Positions 59,661 to 64,000 of a stretch of DNA of 64,000 nucleotides are shown one piece after another. Source of the stretch: Octopus vulgaris (taxonomy: Eukaryota); assembly GCA_951406725.2 (NCBI GenBank), contig OX597826.1, positions 79,422,001-79,486,000 on the forward strand. Reading direction: 5' to 3'. A program made the translations under genes and the position numbers. The notes below the pieces were generated by a model. It ran no database searches, was not told the DNA's origin, and worked only from the letters and a program-made list of their open reading frames with translations. Each line of letters opens with the position of its first letter. Positions within the stretch are counted from its first letter, which is position 1.

Positions 59661-60040
59661 ATATGTGTGTGTGTGTGTATATATCTGATGGACTTCCACA
59701 CAGTTTCCATCTACCGAATTCGCTCGTAAGGCATTAAAAGGTCTGGGGCTGTCGTGGAGGACATTTACCCAATGTGCCGCGCGGTGGGACTGAACCTGAA
59801 ACTAGGAGGTTGTAAAACACGTGTTTCTTAACCAGACAGCCACGTCCGCGACTATATTCGATAGTATCTGGGACATCCCACAATGGCTACTCAATTGCGT
59901 CGAAAGAATTCTTTATTACTTTACGTCTTGATTTTCTCACCAACTTCCACATTAATCCGCTTTATGTCATCACTAAACACAGATTTCATAATTAAGCAGT
60001 GTAAAAGTATTGCATCATTAATGAGCATTTCCAACTCGCC

Positions 60041-60590
60041 GACGAGCTGGCAGAAACGTTAGCACGCCCGGCGAAATGCTTAGCGGTATTTCGTCTGCCG
60101 CTACGTTCTGAGTTCAAATTCCGCCGAGGTCGGCTTTGCCTTTCACCCTTTCGGGGTCGATAAAATAAGTACCAGTTACGCACTGGGATCGATGTAATCG
60201 ACTTAATACCTATGTCTGTCCTTGTTCGTCCCCTCTATGTTTAGCCCCTTGTGGGTAATAAAGAAATAGCTATTTCGTCTGCCGCTACGTTCTGAGTTCA
60301 AATTCCGCCGAGGTCGGCTTTGCCTTTCACCCTTTCGGGGTCGATTAAATAAGTACCAGTTACGCACTGGGGTCGATGTAATCGACTTAATCCGTGTGTC
60401 TGTCCTCGTTTGTCCCCTGTGTTTAGCCCCTTGTGGGTAGTAAAGAAATAGGTATTTCGTCCGTCTTTACGTTATGAGTTCAAATTCCACCGAGGTCACC
60501 TTTGTCTTTCATCCCTCTGGGGTCAATAAAATGATTAATCGACTTAATCTCCTTCCCTGAAATTGCTGGCCCTGTGCCAAAATTTGAAGC
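60041..60590 (+). mobile_element. Tandem triplet of family A SINEs
   Basis: gagttcaaattcc recurs at ~60110, 60294 and 60476. Confidence 0.9.
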
Positions 60591-61813
60591 CATTATCAAC
60601 GACTTTCGTTAATAAAATGCTGAGTTGTAACCCTTCTCTTGATCTGGAGAATGAAATGAAAAACTAGACACCAATTTTGTTGACCGAGTTACAGCAGCGG
60701 CTTTCAAAGTGACCGCTGATTAAATCCACCGCACAACCCCATCAGAGATGAGGAAAGTGAGAGCTGTTGTCGTTATTTAGCCCCAGGTCAGCCCTGTTGG
60801 GGCGCACCTGTAATCCCAAACGTTCTAGCCATGACCATAATTCTTATTCACAGTATATTAGGAACTGCATCATTCAATCTGACGTCACTTTTTCATGAGA
60901 GTAGGGTGTGATAGAAGATAGTTTCGACAGCTTTTTCCAGCAGAACCAGTAGCTTTATGGAGGCGAGTGGGGGGGGGATACCCTTTCGTTAAGATGGCTG
61001 TCAGTATTATCAACTGGTAAGACGCTGAGCTTGAAATGTAGTCATCGGAATGATGAACTGAGAAAGAAAAAAACTCGGCAACCAGCAACATAAGAGGAAG
61101 TCATTGATTTTACACTTGATTAACTGAATATATCAAAGACTGTATTGTAGTTAGTGAGTGGGTGGTAGATCAGTGCAGCTGTGTGGGACGTAGGCGACGA
61201 ATAAAAAGTAAACGGATCGATGTGCGTATACGCATTACTGAAACGAAATACAGTAAAATAAATTACGAGATGAATCCTAGCTGGTGGGATACGGTTTCAT
61301 TGCTTATTGGGTCAGCAGTTTGGAGGACACTCTTTAAAGACATTCTTTTTTTCTGGTAAGTGAAATCACTAAATGTAATTTTGAAAATCTAGGTGATACA
61401 GGAGGAAAATCAAGTGAAAAAGAAAGACAAATCCGAAATGAGAACAGCACACCCGAAACAATAAAAGTACAAGGTCATTGGAATAATGCTGTGGAGGAAA
61501 GGAGACGGAAACTGATGCTTCGGATAATTGTTCTTTTCCAGACAAAAAGAAGGGGAAAAATGGAAGATAGAAAAATGTTGATTAGAAGAGAGGAGAGTAA
61601 AGAAGTTGTTTTTCAGCAGAGAAGAGTGAGTAAGCAAGCTGCAGCGCGGAGATAAGGGTCATAAGGGTGGAAACGTGTAGTGAAATGAAGTATGTTTTTG
61701 TATGTGTGAGAAGCGTGAGAGAATTGAATGCTGCAAAGTATTGCGAAATATGTTTATGAGCATCCATGTCTGATCAAATAAGGAGTTTAGTGTATTTGGA
61801 AGATTATGGGCGA

Positions 61814-61857
<44 letters not shown>

Positions 61858-62820
61858 ATGCGCACATGCGTATATGCGGTGAGTATATGAATACTACATG
61901 ATGTTAGTAGGTGATGTGAGTAAAGCGTTATTGTGTGTGAGCAAGTACGGTGAATTGATGACGAAGTACGTATGAGTGTATCGGTGATGGCGGTGGGTGG
62001 TGCTGAGATCGTGTGTGTGTGGGTGTGTGGGTGTGCAATGGTTAGTCCACATTACTTCGTAGGCTCATAGGGGCCGGTTTCCCAGTTTCTCTAGCGCATA
62101 TATTTCAGCTTGGACGGGACGCCGGTCCGTCGCAGGATAACTCATTTTAACCAGTTGAGTGGACTTGAGCAACGTGAACTGAAATGTTTTGCTCAAGAAC
62201 ACAACGTGTCGCTCGATCTAGGAATCGAAACCACAATCCTGCGATCATGCATCCAACACCCTAACCACTAAGCCATGCGCCTCCACGTGTGTGTATGCTG
62301 TAGTTGGGAATGATTGTATAGTGGTATAATGTAGTTGGTGTGAGGAAGATATTGCAGTATGGGAATGTGGGGTTGGAGCATGCATGATGAAGTGTGTGTG
62401 AGTACATGGGTAGAAAAAGGGTGGGGAAATGTGTGAATGTATGCATGTACGGTTAAAAAAAGAGGGTATTAAGTGCATGTGCAGGGCCGGATCAGCGTGA
62501 ATGACTATCAGATACTTTTAGTAATGCAAACAAAACGGTCTCAGCCAAGGAAAGAAGATTGGGTAAGTTTAGACTGCGGCCGATTCTGATGGAAAAACTC
62601 GATGAAGATGCGAGGGAAATCAAGGTGGGAAATTTGGTAGGATGGTGTGATGCAGAGTTCGAGTGATTGGACGAAAGTTTAAGGGAAGAAGAAATAGTTA
62701 ATGACCGAACAAATACGAAGCAAGAAGGCGGATACGTGATCAACGGTGAGAGGGCGATGGAATACTGTGTTGATTATTGTTTGAGGGTAACCACGTTGCA
62801 ACAAGAAGCGAAACACTCAC

Positions 62821-62885
62821 CTAGATCAAAATGAGGAGAAATTCCACTGTCATATCCGTCGGTCAGATTTTGTATGACCTTTGAC
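62821..62885 (-). CDS. Cys-loop anion channel subunit (GlyR/GluCl-like), first exon visible in window (N-terminal helix region); upstream exon(s) not found in window
   Basis: Pyrimidine tract + tttcAG acceptor and G|GTGAGT donor; 65 nt, phase 2 to 1; reads SKVIQNLTDGYDSGISPHFDL, matching the YD-x-x-I-x-P motif of Cys-loop receptors; joins in frame to the exon at 36821. Confidence 0.85.
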
Positions 62886-63424
62886 CTGAAATATATAAAA
62901 AGAAAAAGAACGTAAATACATTTGAAACGTACCAATTACTTAATAAATTGGGAAATTTTCACTTCTATAGAAATATTAATATTGATTGAAATTTCATGCA
63001 CATTCTCGAAAATACTCGAGCAGCGTTCGCAAGAATTTTTTTAACCTGATATTTAAATGCTATTTTCTTTATTTCATCTTATTCATGTTCCACCGTCAAA
63101 AACGATTTATTTCGTGTTTCCCGAAGTTTCTACATTCTTATGATGCAAAGAATATACATTTCTGGGTTGTAAGAAAAAATTTCTAAAGCGGATGCAACGA
63201 ATGAAAACATCACTTTGCTGCAATGGCAGAACATCTCTCATGTTTGCAGAAGATGTAGGTTCGTGTCACACGTGCAACCTTTAACTTTTTCCATTCAAAG
63301 GTTGCTTTAATCCAATATCGACCCGCTATTTTCATAGCTTTATTTACTTCGAGTTCCACCATTAAAAGCCATTTGCTTTATGCCTCCCAAAGTTTCTAAA
63401 TTCTTGTCACATAAACTATGTATA

Positions 63425-63627
63425 TACTCTTTTTACTCTTTCACTTGTTTCAGTCATTTGACTGCGGCCATGCTGGAGCACCGCCTTTAGTCGAACAAAT
63501 CGACCCCGGGACTTATTCTTTGTAAGCCCAGTACTTATTCTATCAGTCTCTTTTGCCGAACCGCTAATTGACGGGGACGTAAACACACCAGCATCCGTTG
63601 TCAAGCAATTCTAGGGGGACAGACACA

Positions 63628-63673
<46 letters not shown>

Positions 63674-63838
63674 CATATATACGACAGGCTTCTTTCAGTT
63701 TCCGTCTACCAAATCCACTCACAAGGCATTGGTCGGCCCGGGGCTATAGCAGAAGACACTTGCCTAAGGTGCCACGCAGTGGGACTGAACATGTGGTTGG
63801 TAAGCAAGCTACTTACCACACAGCTACTCCTGCGCCTG
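63425..63838 (-). mobile_element. tRNA-derived SINE, family C
   Basis: Reverse complement of the 30318-30745 family. Confidence 0.85.
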
Positions 63839-63844
63839 TTTATC

Positions 63845-63907
<63 letters not shown>

Positions 63908-64000
63908 GTGCGGGGACTGAAAAGTTCCTGGCATTAATATAAAAGGATTTACAGGAGGATTAGTTAATTATGATTTTATTCACCATATTTCCCTTCTCAG

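Noticed and set aside
61160-62770. Possible minus-strand CR1-like LINE remnants; possible further Penelope remnants at ~5250-5900 and ~30760-31560
   Set aside because: Resemblance is too degraded to support a call without a profile search.

Overview
AT-rich, microsatellite-saturated animal genomic DNA, most likely octopus/coleoid cephalopod (inferred from the SINE families and repeat density). Almost all ORF-track entries are translations of simple repeats. The one real gene is a minus-strand Cys-loop ligand-gated anion channel subunit (glycine receptor/GluCl-like). Seven GT-AG, phase-consistent coding exons can be read, in transcript order: 62885-62821, 36821-36754, 34646-34420, 33025-32943, 27260-27129, 25671-25280 and 22478-22311 (1135 nt, about 377 aa plus stop). 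The start codon and signal peptide were not found and probably lie beyond 64000. The subunit keeps the anion-selective PAR motif, but its agonist-site and upper-M2 residues differ markedly from GlyR/GluCl. Introns and flanks hold tRNA-derived SINEs and remnants of Penelope-like, RTE, CR1-like, R4/Dong-like and mariner elements. The most striking non-coding signal is a set of long fold-back structures and minimal hammerhead-ribozyme motifs in the sense strand of the pre-mRNA. These include a hammerhead core capping a ~147-bp near-perfect hairpin in the last intron and a ~200-bp inverted repeat bracketing the Cys-loop exon. All alignments and folds were done by eye; no activity is demonstrated.
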